Position numbers and translations under genes: made by a program. 47,135 nucleotides of DNA, taken from contig CAZJFI010000001.1 in the NCBI GenBank assembly GCA_964545265.1, forward strand, positions 1-47,135, written 5' to 3'. Below the pieces are notes generated by a model, which was given only the letters and a program-made list of their open reading frames with translations, made no database searches and had not been told where the DNA came from. This DNA is from an uncultured Phocaeicola sp. (GTDB lineage Bacteria > Bacteroidota > Bacteroidia > Bacteroidales > Bacteroidaceae). Below, piece by piece: positions 8,430 to 17,558 of the stretch; within the stretch, counting starts at the first letter, position 1, and each line of letters starts with the position of its first letter.

Positions 8430-9833
8430 ATGGAAAAGATTCGTAGAACAAAAATAGTTGACCTTTTGCAACGCCGTGATTGGGGTGCAATGGTTAACGT
8501 AAAAGGCTGGGTGCGCACTCGTCGTGGCAGCAAGCAAGTTAATTTCATCGCACTGAATGACGGATCTACAATAAATAATGTACAGGTGGTAGTAGATTTG
8601 GCTAATTTTGATGAAGAAGTAATCAAACAAATCACTACCGGTGCATGTATCAGTGTAAACGGTGAATTGGTGGAATCTATCGGTTCAGGACAAGCCGGTG
8701 AAATTCAGGCTCGCGAAATTGAAGTGTTGGGTGGATGTGATAATACATATCCATTGCAGAAGAAGGGATGTTCCATGGAATTCCTTCGTGAAATAGCCCA
8801 CTTGCGTCCACGTACCAATACTTTCGGTGCCGTATTCCGTATCCGTCACAACATGGCAATTGCTATCCATCAGTTCTTCCATGACCATGGATTCTTCTAT
8901 TTCCACACACCGATTATTACCGCTTCGGATTGTGAAGGTGCCGGACAAATGTTTCAGGTTACTACCAAGAATCTGTATGACTTGAAGAAGGATGAAAATG
9001 GAAGCATTATTTATGACGATGATTTCTTTGGTAAGCAAGCCAGCTTGACAGTATCCGGTCAGTTGGAAGGCGAATTGGCCGCAACCGCTTTGGGAGCTAT
9101 CTATACATTCGGTCCTACTTTCCGTGCCGAAAACTCCAATACTCCACGTCACTTGGCTGAATTTTGGATGGTAGAACCTGAAGTAGCCTTTGCTGATTTG
9201 CACGACTTGATGGATTTGGAAGAAGAATTCATTAAGTATTGCGTACAATGGGCGCTCGACCATTGCAAGGATGATTTGGAATTCTTGAATAAGATGATAG
9301 ACAAGGGCTTGATTGAACGTTTGCAAAAGGTAGTGAATACCGAATTTATTCGTCTGCCTTATACAGAAGGTATCAAGATTCTGGAAGAAGCGATTGCCAA
9401 GGGCAAGAAATTTGAATTCCCTGTATATTGGGGATGCGACCTTGCCAGCGAACATGAACGCTATTTGGTAGAAGAACATTTCCAAAAGCCGGTTATCATG
9501 ACCGACTATCCGAAGGAAATCAAGGCCTTCTATATGAAACAGAATGAAGATGGCAAGACAGTTCAAGGTACTGATGTTCTCTTCCCGCAAATCGGTGAAA
9601 TCATTGGAGGTAGTGTACGTGAAGAAAGTTATGGCAAGTTGATGAACCGTATTCAGGAACTGAATATTCCAATGAAGGATATGTGGTGGTATCTCGATAC
9701 TCGCAAGTATGGTTCTTGTCCTCATGCGGGTTTCGGTCTCGGATTTGAACGTTTGCTGCTTTTTGTAACCGGTATGGCTAACATCCGCGATGTGATTCCA
9801 TTCCCGCGTACTCCGCGTAATGCTGAATTCTAA
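8430..9833 (+). CDS. asnS: Asparagine--tRNA ligase
   Basis: [11 protein letters not shown] fold, [10 protein letters not shown], motif 2 [24 protein letters not shown], motif 3 GFGLGFERL; start may be 8418 or 8430. Confidence 0.97.
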   Translation: MEKIRRTKIVDLLQRRDWGAMVNVKGWVRTRRGSKQVNFIALNDGSTINNVQVVVDLANFDEEVIKQITTGACISVNGELVESIGSGQAGEIQAREIEVLGGCDNTYPLQKKGCSMEFLREIAHLRPRTNTFGAVFRIRHNMAIAIHQFFHDHGFFYFHTPIITASDCEGAGQMFQVTTKNLYDLKKDENGSIIYDDDFFGKQASLTVSGQLEGELAATALGAIYTFGPTFRAENSNTPRHLAEFWMVEPEVAFADLHDLMDLEEEFIKYCVQWALDHCKDDLEFLNKMIDKGLIERLQKVVNTEFIRLPYTEGIKILEEAIAKGKKFEFPVYWGCDLASEHERYLVEEHFQKPVIMTDYPKEIKAFYMKQNEDGKTVQGTDVLFPQIGEIIGGSVREESYGKLMNRIQELNIPMKDMWWYLDTRKYGSCPHAGFGLGFERLLLFVTGMANIRDVIPFPRTPRNAEF

Positions 9834-9852
9834 TAGAATCAAGAGAAATATT

Positions 9853-9889
9853 AAAGTGGGTGCTGTCGAAACGCATCCACACTTTTTTT
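9853..9889 (+). terminator. Intrinsic terminator after asnS
   Basis: GTGGGTGC...GCATCCAC stem followed by a 7-T run. Confidence 0.7.
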
Positions 9890-10069
9890 AGGTGCGGTTT
9901 GCACGGCAAAGTTGGTGTAAACATGTACTAAAACCGTGTAAATTCGTGTAATTTGTGCCTAAATTAATTATGATATAGATTCTTGGTCTTAAAAAGTTTG
10001 ATTTTTAAAAAACTTTTCATAGTTTTGTATATTCACTTTCGGAAGTTCGTTAATTTAATATATATTACT

Positions 10070-10561
10070 ATGAAACGGCGTTATTTGTTTATCCTTGCGG
10101 CTGTATGTATGCTGTTTGGAAGTAGAGCGATGGCTCAGGTGGGAAGTGGATTTGCATCGGCGAATCTGAATGGTATTTGGCAGATGTGCTTCTATGTGTC
10201 GGGGAATCCGGAGGTACCTGGTGAGTTGAAGCCGAGCAACTCATTTAAAATTCTTTCGGATGACGGAAAATTTACGAATATGGTAATGATACCCAACCGT
10301 GGTGCCATTATTATAGGTTCGGGTACTTACAAACAAACAGCTCCTAATGCATTTACGGAACATGTGGAAAGGAATCTTCATCTTCCACAATTGGTGGGTG
10401 TTGACAATGTCCTTGAATTTGAAATGAAAGGTGGCGAGGTGATGATTGTGAAGTATTTTGTAAAGAAGGATAAGGAAGGTAATGACATTGATTCCTGGTA
10501 TTACGAAACTTGGAAACGGGTGAAGATGCCGGCTGCATATCCAAAGGATTTGGTGAGATAG
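10070..10561 (+). CDS. Secreted DUF4488-type protein
   Basis: Signal peptide from ATG 10070; LNGIWQMC...FKILSDDGKFTN...ETWKRV pattern recalled from Bacteroides DUF4488 proteins. Confidence 0.7.
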   Translation: MKRRYLFILAAVCMLFGSRAMAQVGSGFASANLNGIWQMCFYVSGNPEVPGELKPSNSFKILSDDGKFTNMVMIPNRGAIIIGSGTYKQTAPNAFTEHVERNLHLPQLVGVDNVLEFEMKGGEVMIVKYFVKKDKEGNDIDSWYYETWKRVKMPAAYPKDLVR

Positions 10562-10582
10562 TACGAATAAGACACTATATAA

Positions 10583-10621
10583 ATATAAAGGTGGGCGTGT
10601 ATTGCATGTCCACCTTTATAT
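10583..10621 (+). terminator. Hairpin/terminator after the DUF4488 gene
   Basis: ATATAAAGGTGG...CCACCTTTATAT inverted repeat. Confidence 0.6.
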
Positions 10622-10682
10622 TATATAGATAGTTGTTATTACGTGATGCTTAGGTGGATAGAATAAAAAATACTACAATTGT

Positions 10683-10713
10683 TTTGTCAGTTCAAAGAAA
10701 AGTCGTACCTTTG
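10683..10713 (+). promoter_or_regulatory. Consensus Bacteroidetes promoter of the rplM operon
   Basis: -33 TTTG (10683-10686), 19-nt spacer, -7 TACCTTTG (10706-10713). Confidence 0.8.
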
Positions 10714-10743
10714 CAAGCCGATTATTATCAAAAGTTTATAAAA

Positions 10744-10800
10744 GATTAATTCTGAGTGTGTTAATCATTCTTTGTCCGGGAACGGTTGGCGCACGAGGAT
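10744..10800 (+). ncRNA. Candidate ribosomal-protein leader RNA upstream of rplM
   Basis: Hairpin GATTAA/TTAATC, then stem ATTCTTTGT/ACGAGGAT enclosing a CCG-GGAA-CGG GNRA hairpin in the 5' UTR. Confidence 0.45.
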
Positions 10801-10842
10801 AAAACTGTTTTTTAGTAGTTAACAATTTAAAAAGATTTAAGA

Positions 10843-11304
10843 GTGGATACTTTAAGTTACAAGACCATTTCTGCAAACAAGGTAACAGCTCAGAAAGAAT
10901 GGGTTGTTGTTGATGCAACCGATCAGGTCGTAGGCCGTCTCGGTTCAAAAGTTGCGAAACTGTTGAGAGGAAAGTACAAACCAAGCTTTACTCCTCATGT
11001 AGACTGCGGTGATAACGTTATCATCATCAATGCAGACAAGGTGAAATTTACCGGAAACAAGTGGAATGACAAGGTGTATTTGCACTACACGGGTTATCCT
11101 GGTGGTCAGCGTTCAATCACTCCTGCTGAATTGATCAAGAAGGTGGACGGTGAAGAAAAGCTGTTGAAGAAAGTAGTAAAGGGTATGCTCCCGAAGAACC
11201 GTTTGGGTGCTCAGTTGTTGAAGAACTTGTATGTATATGCAGGTAGCGAACACAAGCACGAAGCTCAATGCCCGAAGACAATTGATATTAACGCACTTAA
11301 ATAA
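10843..11304 (+). CDS. rplM: 50S ribosomal protein L13
   Basis: GTG start; WVVVDA...GRLGSKVAKLLRGKYKPSFTPHVDCGD, GYPGG, GMLPKN. Confidence 0.98.
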   Translation: MDTLSYKTISANKVTAQKEWVVVDATDQVVGRLGSKVAKLLRGKYKPSFTPHVDCGDNVIIINADKVKFTGNKWNDKVYLHYTGYPGGQRSITPAELIKKVDGEEKLLKKVVKGMLPKNRLGAQLLKNLYVYAGSEHKHEAQCPKTIDINALK

Positions 11305-11310
11305 TAAAGA

Positions 11311-11697
11311 ATGGAAGTAATTAATGCATTAGGCAGACGTAAGCGCGCTATTGCCCGCGTATTCGTTAGCGAAGGTACAGGAAAGATTACTATTAACAAG
11401 AGAGACCTTGCAGAGTACTTTCCATCAACTATTCTTCAGTATGTAGTAAAGCAACCTTTGAACAAGTTGGAAGTTGCTGAAAAATATGACATTAAGGTAA
11501 ATCTTTGCGGTGGTGGTTTCACTGGTCAGTCACAGGCTTTGCGTTTGGCTATCGCCCGTGCTTTGGTGAAGATCAACGCAGAAGACAAGAAGACTCTCCG
11601 TGCAGAAGGCTTCATGACTCGCGACCCACGTTCTGTAGAACGTAAGAAGCCAGGTCAGCCGAAGGCACGTCGTAGATTCCAGTTCAGTAAACGTTAA
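11311..11697 (+). CDS. rpsI: 30S ribosomal protein S9
   Basis: GRRKRAIARV, GGGFTGQSQA, RDPRSVERKKPG...QFSKR. Confidence 0.98.
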   Translation: MEVINALGRRKRAIARVFVSEGTGKITINKRDLAEYFPSTILQYVVKQPLNKLEVAEKYDIKVNLCGGGFTGQSQALRLAIARALVKINAEDKKTLRAEGFMTRDPRSVERKKPGQPKARRRFQFSKR

Positions 11698-11829
11698 TAT
11701 CCGGTTTTACTCAGAACTGGTTAAGAAGCGTTTAGTATCTAAACCGCCGGGATTCTTTCTGACAGACTACCCGATGGTTGGTTGAGAAAAACAAAAAAGA
11801 AAGTAAACGATTTAAAGAATTAAAAAGAA

Positions 11830-12666
11830 ATGTCAAGAACAAATTTCGAAACATTATTGGAAGCCGGTTGCCACTTCGGACACCTTAAGAGAAAGTGGAA
11901 CCCTGCAATGGCTCCTTATATTTTCATGGAACGCAATGGTATTCACATCATTGACCTCCATAAGACAGTTGCTAAAGTAGATGAAGCTGCTGAAGCTTTG
12001 AAGCAAATCGCAAAATCAGGTAAGAAAGTCCTGTTTGTTGCTACTAAGAAACAAGCTAAGCAGGTGGTAGCTGAAAAGGCTGCATCTGTAAATATGCCTT
12101 ATGTAATCGAGCGCTGGCCGGGCGGTATGTTGACTAACTTCCCAACTATCCGTAAGGCTGTTAAGAAGATGGCTACTATCGATAAGTTGACTAGCGATGG
12201 TACATATTCTAACCTTTCTAAGAGAGAAGTTCTTCAGATTTCTCGTCAACGTGCTAAGTTGGAAAAGAACCTTGGTTCTATCGCTGACTTGACTCGTCTT
12301 CCGTCTGCATTGTTCGTTGTTGACGTGTTGAAGGAAAACATCGCTATCCGCGAAGCTAACCGTTTGGGTATCCCTGTATTCGCAATCGTGGATACTAACT
12401 CTGATCCTTCAAACGTGGATTTCGTAATCCCGGCTAACGATGACGCTACTAAGTCAATCGAAGTCGTTTTGGATGCTTGCTGCGCTGCAATGGCAGAAGG
12501 TTTGGAAGAAAGAAAGGCTGAAAAGGTAGATATGGAAGCTGCTGGCGAAAATGCTCCTAAGGCTGGTAAGAAGAGAACTTCTAAGGCTCGCATGGATAAG
12601 TCAGAAGAAGATGCTATCAACGCATCTAAGGCTGCTGCATTCATGAAGGACGAAGAAGAAGCTTAA
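11830..12666 (+). CDS. rpsB: 30S ribosomal protein S2
   Basis: LLEAGCHFGH...WNPAM, RWPGGMLTNF, DTNSDP, IPANDD. Confidence 0.98.
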   Translation: MSRTNFETLLEAGCHFGHLKRKWNPAMAPYIFMERNGIHIIDLHKTVAKVDEAAEALKQIAKSGKKVLFVATKKQAKQVVAEKAASVNMPYVIERWPGGMLTNFPTIRKAVKKMATIDKLTSDGTYSNLSKREVLQISRQRAKLEKNLGSIADLTRLPSALFVVDVLKENIAIREANRLGIPVFAIVDTNSDPSNVDFVIPANDDATKSIEVVLDACCAAMAEGLEERKAEKVDMEAAGENAPKAGKKRTSKARMDKSEEDAINASKAAAFMKDEEEA

Positions 12667-12672
12667 TATAAT

Positions 12673-12773
12673 AAGTAGTCAAGTAGTAAGTAGTTAAGTA
12701 GTAGGTTTAGGCTTACTACAAGAGAGTGGTCAAATTCATCTGACTACTTAACTACTGATTACTTTGACTACTT
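12673..12773. repeat. Long hairpin built from AAGTAGT heptamer repeats in the rpsB-tsf spacer
   Basis: Four AAGTAGT(N) units at 12673-12702, mirrored by ACTACTT units at 12743-12773. Confidence 0.8.
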
Positions 12774-12816
12774 TTGTTTTAAAGACTATTATTAACTTAT
12801 TAAATATAGAGAAATT

Positions 12817-13809
12817 ATGGCTGTAACTATGGCTGAAATCACCAAGCTCCGTAAAATGAGTGGAGCTGGTATGATGGACTGTAAGAACGCTTTGAATGAA
12901 GCTAACGGTGACATCGAAAAGGCAATGGAAATTATCCGCAAGAAGGGTCAAGCTGTTGCTGCTAAGCGCTCGGATCGTGATGCTTCAGAAGGTTGTGTAT
13001 TGGCTAAGACAACTGGCGAATATGCTGCTATCATTGCTTTGAAGTGCGAAACAGACTTCGTTGCTAACAACGCTGATTTCGTGAAGTTGACTCAAGATAT
13101 TTTGGATGCTGCTGTAGCTAACAAGTGTAAGGACTTGGAAGAAGTGAAGGCATTGCCTATGGGTAACGGTACTGTACAAGATGCTGTGACTGACCGTAGC
13201 GGTATCACTGGCGAAAAGATGGAATTGGATGGCTATTGCTTCGTAGAAGGTGCTGCAACATCAGTATATAACCACCAAGGTAAGAATGGTCTTTGTACAA
13301 TCGTAGCTTTCAATAAGAATGTAGATGCTCAATTGGCTAAGCAAGTAGCTATGCAAATTGCTGCTATGAATCCGATTGCTGTTGATGAAGACGGTGTTTC
13401 TGAATCAATTAAGCAAACAGAAATCAATGTAGCTATCGAAAAGACTAAGGCAGAACAAGTACAGAAGGCTGTTGAAGCTGCTTTGAAGAAGGCTGGTATT
13501 AACCCTGCACATGTAGATAGCGAAGATCACATGGAAAGTAACAAGGCTAAGGGTTGGATTACTGAAGAAGATGTAGTGAAGGCTAAGGAAATCATCGCTA
13601 CTGTTTCAGAACAAAAGGCTGCTAACTTGCCTGAAGCAATGATTCAAAACATCGCTAAGGGTCGTTTGGCTAAGTTCTTGAAGGAAGTTTGCTTGCTCAA
13701 CCAAGAAGATATCATGGATGGCAAGAAGACTGTAAGAGAAGTGTTGAAGGAAACTGATCCTGAATTGAAGATCGTTGAATTCAAGCGCTTTACTTTGCGT
13801 GCTGAATAA
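12817..13809 (+). CDS. tsf: Translation elongation factor Ts
   Basis: LRKMSGAGMMDCKNAL, CETDFVA, AMQIAAMNP. Confidence 0.98.
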   Translation: MAVTMAEITKLRKMSGAGMMDCKNALNEANGDIEKAMEIIRKKGQAVAAKRSDRDASEGCVLAKTTGEYAAIIALKCETDFVANNADFVKLTQDILDAAVANKCKDLEEVKALPMGNGTVQDAVTDRSGITGEKMELDGYCFVEGAATSVYNHQGKNGLCTIVAFNKNVDAQLAKQVAMQIAAMNPIAVDEDGVSESIKQTEINVAIEKTKAEQVQKAVEAALKKAGINPAHVDSEDHMESNKAKGWITEEDVVKAKEIIATVSEQKAANLPEAMIQNIAKGRLAKFLKEVCLLNQEDIMDGKKTVREVLKETDPELKIVEFKRFTLRAE

Positions 13810-13827
13810 TTTAACAAGATTATAATG

Positions 13828-13866
13828 AAGTGGATGTGTCGAAATACACATCCACTTATTTTTTAT
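13828..13866 (+). terminator. Terminator between convergent tsf and SUI1 genes
   Basis: 12-bp stem AAGTGGATGTGT/ACACATCCACTT followed by ATTTTTT. Confidence 0.8.
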
Positions 13867-13884
13867 AATGTGACACACTCTCTT

Positions 13885-14223
13885 TTATTTGGTTTGAGTG
13901 TATCCTTCTGCTTTCAATAGTTCGATGATACGCTGTTTGAAGTCGCCTTGGATAATGATTTCACCCTCTTTAGCAGAGCCTCCTACACCACATTTTGTCT
14001 TTAATAGTTTACTCAAGTCCTTCAAGTCCTCTTCAGAGCCAATAAAGCCTTTGATAAGGGTAACCGTTTTCCCTCCTCGGCCTTTCTTCTCCATGCTGAT
14101 GCGAAGCCTCTGTTGATTTTTGGGAAGTGTTTCGGCTTCTTCTTCCTCTATACACTCGTAGTTGAAATCTGGATTGGTAGAATAAACAACATTCAACCGA
14201 TCTTTCCAATCATTGCTTTTCAT
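13885..14223 (-). CDS. SUI1/YciH-family translation initiation factor
   Basis: VYSTNP, KKGRGGKTVT, LKTKCGVGGSAKEGEIIIQGD. Confidence 0.92.
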   Translation of the reverse strand: MKSNDWKDRLNVVYSTNPDFNYECIEEEEAETLPKNQQRLRISMEKKGRGGKTVTLIKGFIGSEEDLKDLSKLLKTKCGVGGSAKEGEIIIQGDFKQRIIELLKAEGYTQTK

Positions 14224-14337
14224 GTGAATAATTTTTAATGTGTGTTCAAATATACGACATTTTTTACTCTCTTATGATGTTCGTTGCGAATAAAAGTGTA
14301 ATTTTGCGGAGATATAAATATAATAAGTAAAATAGAG

Positions 14338-14988
14338 ATGGACATACATATGCATATACTTTCGGATAAGGTGCCAGAACCTACTTTGCGCCGACTTCCT
14401 TGGTACCTCTCCAACGCTAAGTTGATGCGTGACAAAGGAGAGACGTATGTGTCGTCCACGCAAATATCCAGACAAATCAATATTGATGCTTCGCAAGTGG
14501 CGAAGGACTTGTCGTATGTGAAAATTTCAGGGCGTACCAGAGTGGGGTATGAAATCAATACGCTTATCGAAGTACTTGAAAGCTTTTTGGGCTTTACCAA
14601 TATGCATAAGGCTTTCTTATTTGGGGTAGGTAGTTTGGGGGGCGCTTTGCTTCGTGATACAGGTTTGCAGCAATTCGGCTTGGAAATTGTGGGAGCATTC
14701 GACATTAACCCCGAATTGGTGGGAACTGAGATTAATGGTATCCCCATTTATCATTCTGATGAGTTCGAATCCAAGATGAAAGAAGCGTCTGTCAACATAG
14801 GTGTATTGACGGTACCCATCAGTATTGCTCAAGAAATAACAGACAAGATGGTAGCTGGAGGTATTAAGGCGGTATGGAACTTTACTCCTTTCCGTATTCG
14901 TGTCCCTGAAGATATTGTTGTGCAAAATACATCGCTTTATGCTCATTTGGCGGTGATGTTCAATCGCTTGAACTTTAATCAGAAGTAG
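14338..14988 (+). CDS. rex: Redox-sensing transcriptional repressor Rex
   Basis: PTLRRLPWY, QVAKDLS, GVGSLG Rossmann motif, GIKAVWNFTP. Confidence 0.93.
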   Translation: MDIHMHILSDKVPEPTLRRLPWYLSNAKLMRDKGETYVSSTQISRQINIDASQVAKDLSYVKISGRTRVGYEINTLIEVLESFLGFTNMHKAFLFGVGSLGGALLRDTGLQQFGLEIVGAFDINPELVGTEINGIPIYHSDEFESKMKEASVNIGVLTVPISIAQEITDKMVAGGIKAVWNFTPFRIRVPEDIVVQNTSLYAHLAVMFNRLNFNQK

Positions 14989-14989
14989 T

Positions 14990-15607
14990 ATGAAGATTAT
15001 AGCAGTAGGCATGAATTATGTGGCTCATTGTCACGAGCTTCATGCTAACGAAAACTTACCCAAAGAACCGGTCATCTTTTTAAAACCCGATTCAGCCTTA
15101 TTGAAAGATGGTAAACCGTTTTTTATCCCCGATTTTTCTAAGCAAGTCGATTATGAAACGGAATTGGTTGTCCGTATCTGTCGGTTAGGGAAAAATATAG
15201 CTCCTCGTTTTGCTCATCGTTACTATGATGCTGTAACGGTTGGAATTGATTTTACTGCCCGTGATTTGCAACGCAAATTTCGTGCAGAGGGAAAGCCTTG
15301 GGAACTTTGTAAGGGCTTCGATAACTCGGCTGTTATTGGAGATTTTGTATCTGTAGACCATTTTATGGATGTGCAGAATTTGGATTTCCACTTGGATATC
15401 GATGGTAATAAGGTTCAACAGGGGAATACTCGTGACATGATTTTTAAGATAGATGACATTATTGCATACGTCAGTCAGTTTTATACATTGAAAATAGGCG
15501 ATTTGTTGTATACAGGAACTCCTGTAGGTGTAGGACCTGTCAGTATTGGTCAGCATTTGGAAGGATATTTGGAAGGCGAAAAACTATTAGATTTTTACAT
15601 AAGATGA
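14990..15607 (+). CDS. Fumarylacetoacetate hydrolase family protein
   Basis: KIIAVGMNY, PVIFLKP, DYETEL, DFTARDLQ, GDLLYTGTPVGVG. Confidence 0.92.
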   Translation: MKIIAVGMNYVAHCHELHANENLPKEPVIFLKPDSALLKDGKPFFIPDFSKQVDYETELVVRICRLGKNIAPRFAHRYYDAVTVGIDFTARDLQRKFRAEGKPWELCKGFDNSAVIGDFVSVDHFMDVQNLDFHLDIDGNKVQQGNTRDMIFKIDDIIAYVSQFYTLKIGDLLYTGTPVGVGPVSIGQHLEGYLEGEKLLDFYIR

Positions 15608-16083
15608 AGATTAGAGTAGGCTTTGGTTTTGATGTGCATCAATTGGTGCCCGAACGTGAATTATGGTTAGGGGGCATTAAATTTGAGCATGAGTTGGGCT
15701 TGTTAGGCCATTCGGATGCTGATGTGTTGATTCATGCCATTTGTGATGCATTGTTGGGCGCTGCCAATATGCGTGACATAGGTTATCATTTCCCTGATAA
15801 TGCAGGTGAATACAAGAATATAGATAGTAAGATTCTATTGGCCAAGACGGTTGACTTGATAGCTACCAAAGGTTATCGTGTAGGCAATGTAGATGCAACG
15901 GTATGTGCTGAGCGTCCCAAGTTGAAAGTTCGTATCCCTGAAATGCAAGAAGTGCTTGCTCACTTAATGCAAGTAGACGTTGAGGATGTATCCATAAAGG
16001 CTACCACTACGGAAAAACTGGGATTCACGGGTCGTGAAGAAGGTATCTCGGCTTATGCCACCGTGTTGATTGAAAAATTATAG
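15604..16083 (+). CDS. ispF: 2-C-methyl-D-erythritol 2,4-cyclodiphosphate synthase
   Basis: RVGFGFDVH, GHSDADVLIHAICDALLGAA, KATTTEKLGFTGREEG. Confidence 0.97.
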   Translation: MKIRVGFGFDVHQLVPERELWLGGIKFEHELGLLGHSDADVLIHAICDALLGAANMRDIGYHFPDNAGEYKNIDSKILLAKTVDLIATKGYRVGNVDATVCAERPKLKVRIPEMQEVLAHLMQVDVEDVSIKATTTEKLGFTGREEGISAYATVLIEKL

Positions 16084-16968
16084 AATCAATCCCAAACTTA
16101 GCAATACTCCAAAAAGGGAGATGTTACGGGCGGTTTCGCCAAGCACTTTGTTCAACTCTTTGCCTTTGTTGATTTTTACCATGTGTTGCCAAGTGTTTAG
16201 GTGTGGAACCAAAAACAATTGTGGAAGAATAGCTGCCCACAATTGACCGGTAATCATAAACAAAAGGCAAAGCAGACAAGCCATCAGCCCTAATGCAAAA
16301 TACATCCACCGACCGGCTTTGGCACCAAAGCGAACAACCAAAGTTTTCTTCCCGCTAATCTTGTCTTGTTCGCGGTCTCGATAATTGTTCAGCATCAAAA
16401 GTAAATCGGATACAAGGCCACTGGCCATACAGGCTATTGTTACGCTCCATGTCCAGTCATGGCACATGGTGTAATAAGTACATCCCACGGGGACGAAACC
16501 GAAAAAGACAATGACCAATACATCCCCCCAACCATGATAAGCTAACGGATATGGCCCTGCCGTATAGAGAAAAGCAAAAAGGATACAAAGTAAACCTACG
16601 GGAATCATCTCCAAGCCACTAAAGAATAAAATTAATACTCCCCAGATACATGATAGGATGGTGGCTGAAGCAATACCATGTTTCATGGCGTTGAGTGTAA
16701 TCCATCCTTGTGCACATGCCCGTTCAGGCCCTAAACGGTCTTCACGATCACTTCCCTTTAAAAAATCGAAGAAATCATTGATAAAGTTTGCGTCTATCTG
16801 CATGGTAAATGCAAAGAGAAAACAGAGGAGGGCAGGAATGAATTGCAACCATCCGTCAGAGGCGGCAAGCGAGCATCCCAATAATACAGGAGTGGCCGCA
16901 GCTGCCAATGTCTTGGGACGGGCGGCCAATACCCAAGCCTTTATTGAATTAGTTTTTACGGTTCCCAT
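16078..16968 (-). CDS. menA: 1,4-dihydroxy-2-naphthoate octaprenyltransferase
   Basis: AARPKTL, NFINDFFDFLKGSD, YTAGPYPLAYHGWGD, NNYRDREQDKISGKKTL. Confidence 0.95.
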   Translation of the reverse strand: MGTVKTNSIKAWVLAARPKTLAAAATPVLLGCSLAASDGWLQFIPALLCFLFAFTMQIDANFINDFFDFLKGSDREDRLGPERACAQGWITLNAMKHGIASATILSCIWGVLILFFSGLEMIPVGLLCILFAFLYTAGPYPLAYHGWGDVLVIVFFGFVPVGCTYYTMCHDWTWSVTIACMASGLVSDLLLMLNNYRDREQDKISGKKTLVVRFGAKAGRWMYFALGLMACLLCLLFMITGQLWAAILPQLFLVPHLNTWQHMVKINKGKELNKVLGETARNISLFGVLLSLGLIL

Positions 16969-17026
16969 GAGTCGTTTATTTCTTGCAAAGATAACATTTC
17001 TCTTTCGTTAAAACGACGTTTAACTG

Positions 17027-17509
17027 CTATAAAAATGTAGCTATCCCCAAGATGTCGTTCAAGTTGGTTGTATTGCGAGCATTGATCAACTCGCCTTCTG
17101 GTGAATAGAAAAGTTGATATTGTGTGAGGGAATTGGGAGGAGAAATGAGGATTACTATCTGTGAAGGGTCGTCAGGAAACTCTACCAAAGTAACATCGTC
17201 TACTTGGTCGGTTGAGTAAGCCCCGAATGTAAACGTATGGTAAACAGGTATAGGAACTTGATCCATGGTTTGCCAATCGGTTTGTTTCATCACCCAATGG
17301 CCGTGGGTGTCAAACCATACTTTGGTATTGAAACCCTTGTCTTGAAAAGAGGCCACATAAAAATAATCATCGGTTGACCAACCAACGGTTTCAATTTGTG
17401 GATAAAGTCTTTTCAGGGAGTCTTGTACAAGGGTGGGAGCATATCCGGCAGAAGCCGAAATGCAAAGGACCAACATCGCGACCATGAGTGTAAATCTGAA
17501 CTTGTCCAT
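17027..17509 (-). CDS. Secreted PepSY-like (DUF2874/BLIP-like) protein
   Basis: Signal peptide from ATG at 17509 (MDKFRFTLMVAMLVLCISASA); W...YVASF...VWFDTHGHW and LFYSPEGELI repeats typical of PepSY-like domains. Confidence 0.65.
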   Translation of the reverse strand: MDKFRFTLMVAMLVLCISASAGYAPTLVQDSLKRLYPQIETVGWSTDDYFYVASFQDKGFNTKVWFDTHGHWVMKQTDWQTMDQVPIPVYHTFTFGAYSTDQVDDVTLVEFPDDPSQIVILISPPNSLTQYQLFYSPEGELINARNTTNLNDILGIATFL

Positions 17510-17558
17510 TTGTATCGTTTTGATTGGATAACAAATGGACAAGTGTTTTGTTTGGATA

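Noticed and set aside
8685..9842. 385-aa antisense ORF
   Set aside because: Shadow of asnS caused by codon bias.
13480..13620. Insertion in EF-Ts (INPAHVDSEDHMESNKAKGW...)
   Set aside because: To my knowledge a normal feature of Bacteroidales EF-Ts, not an intein or novelty.
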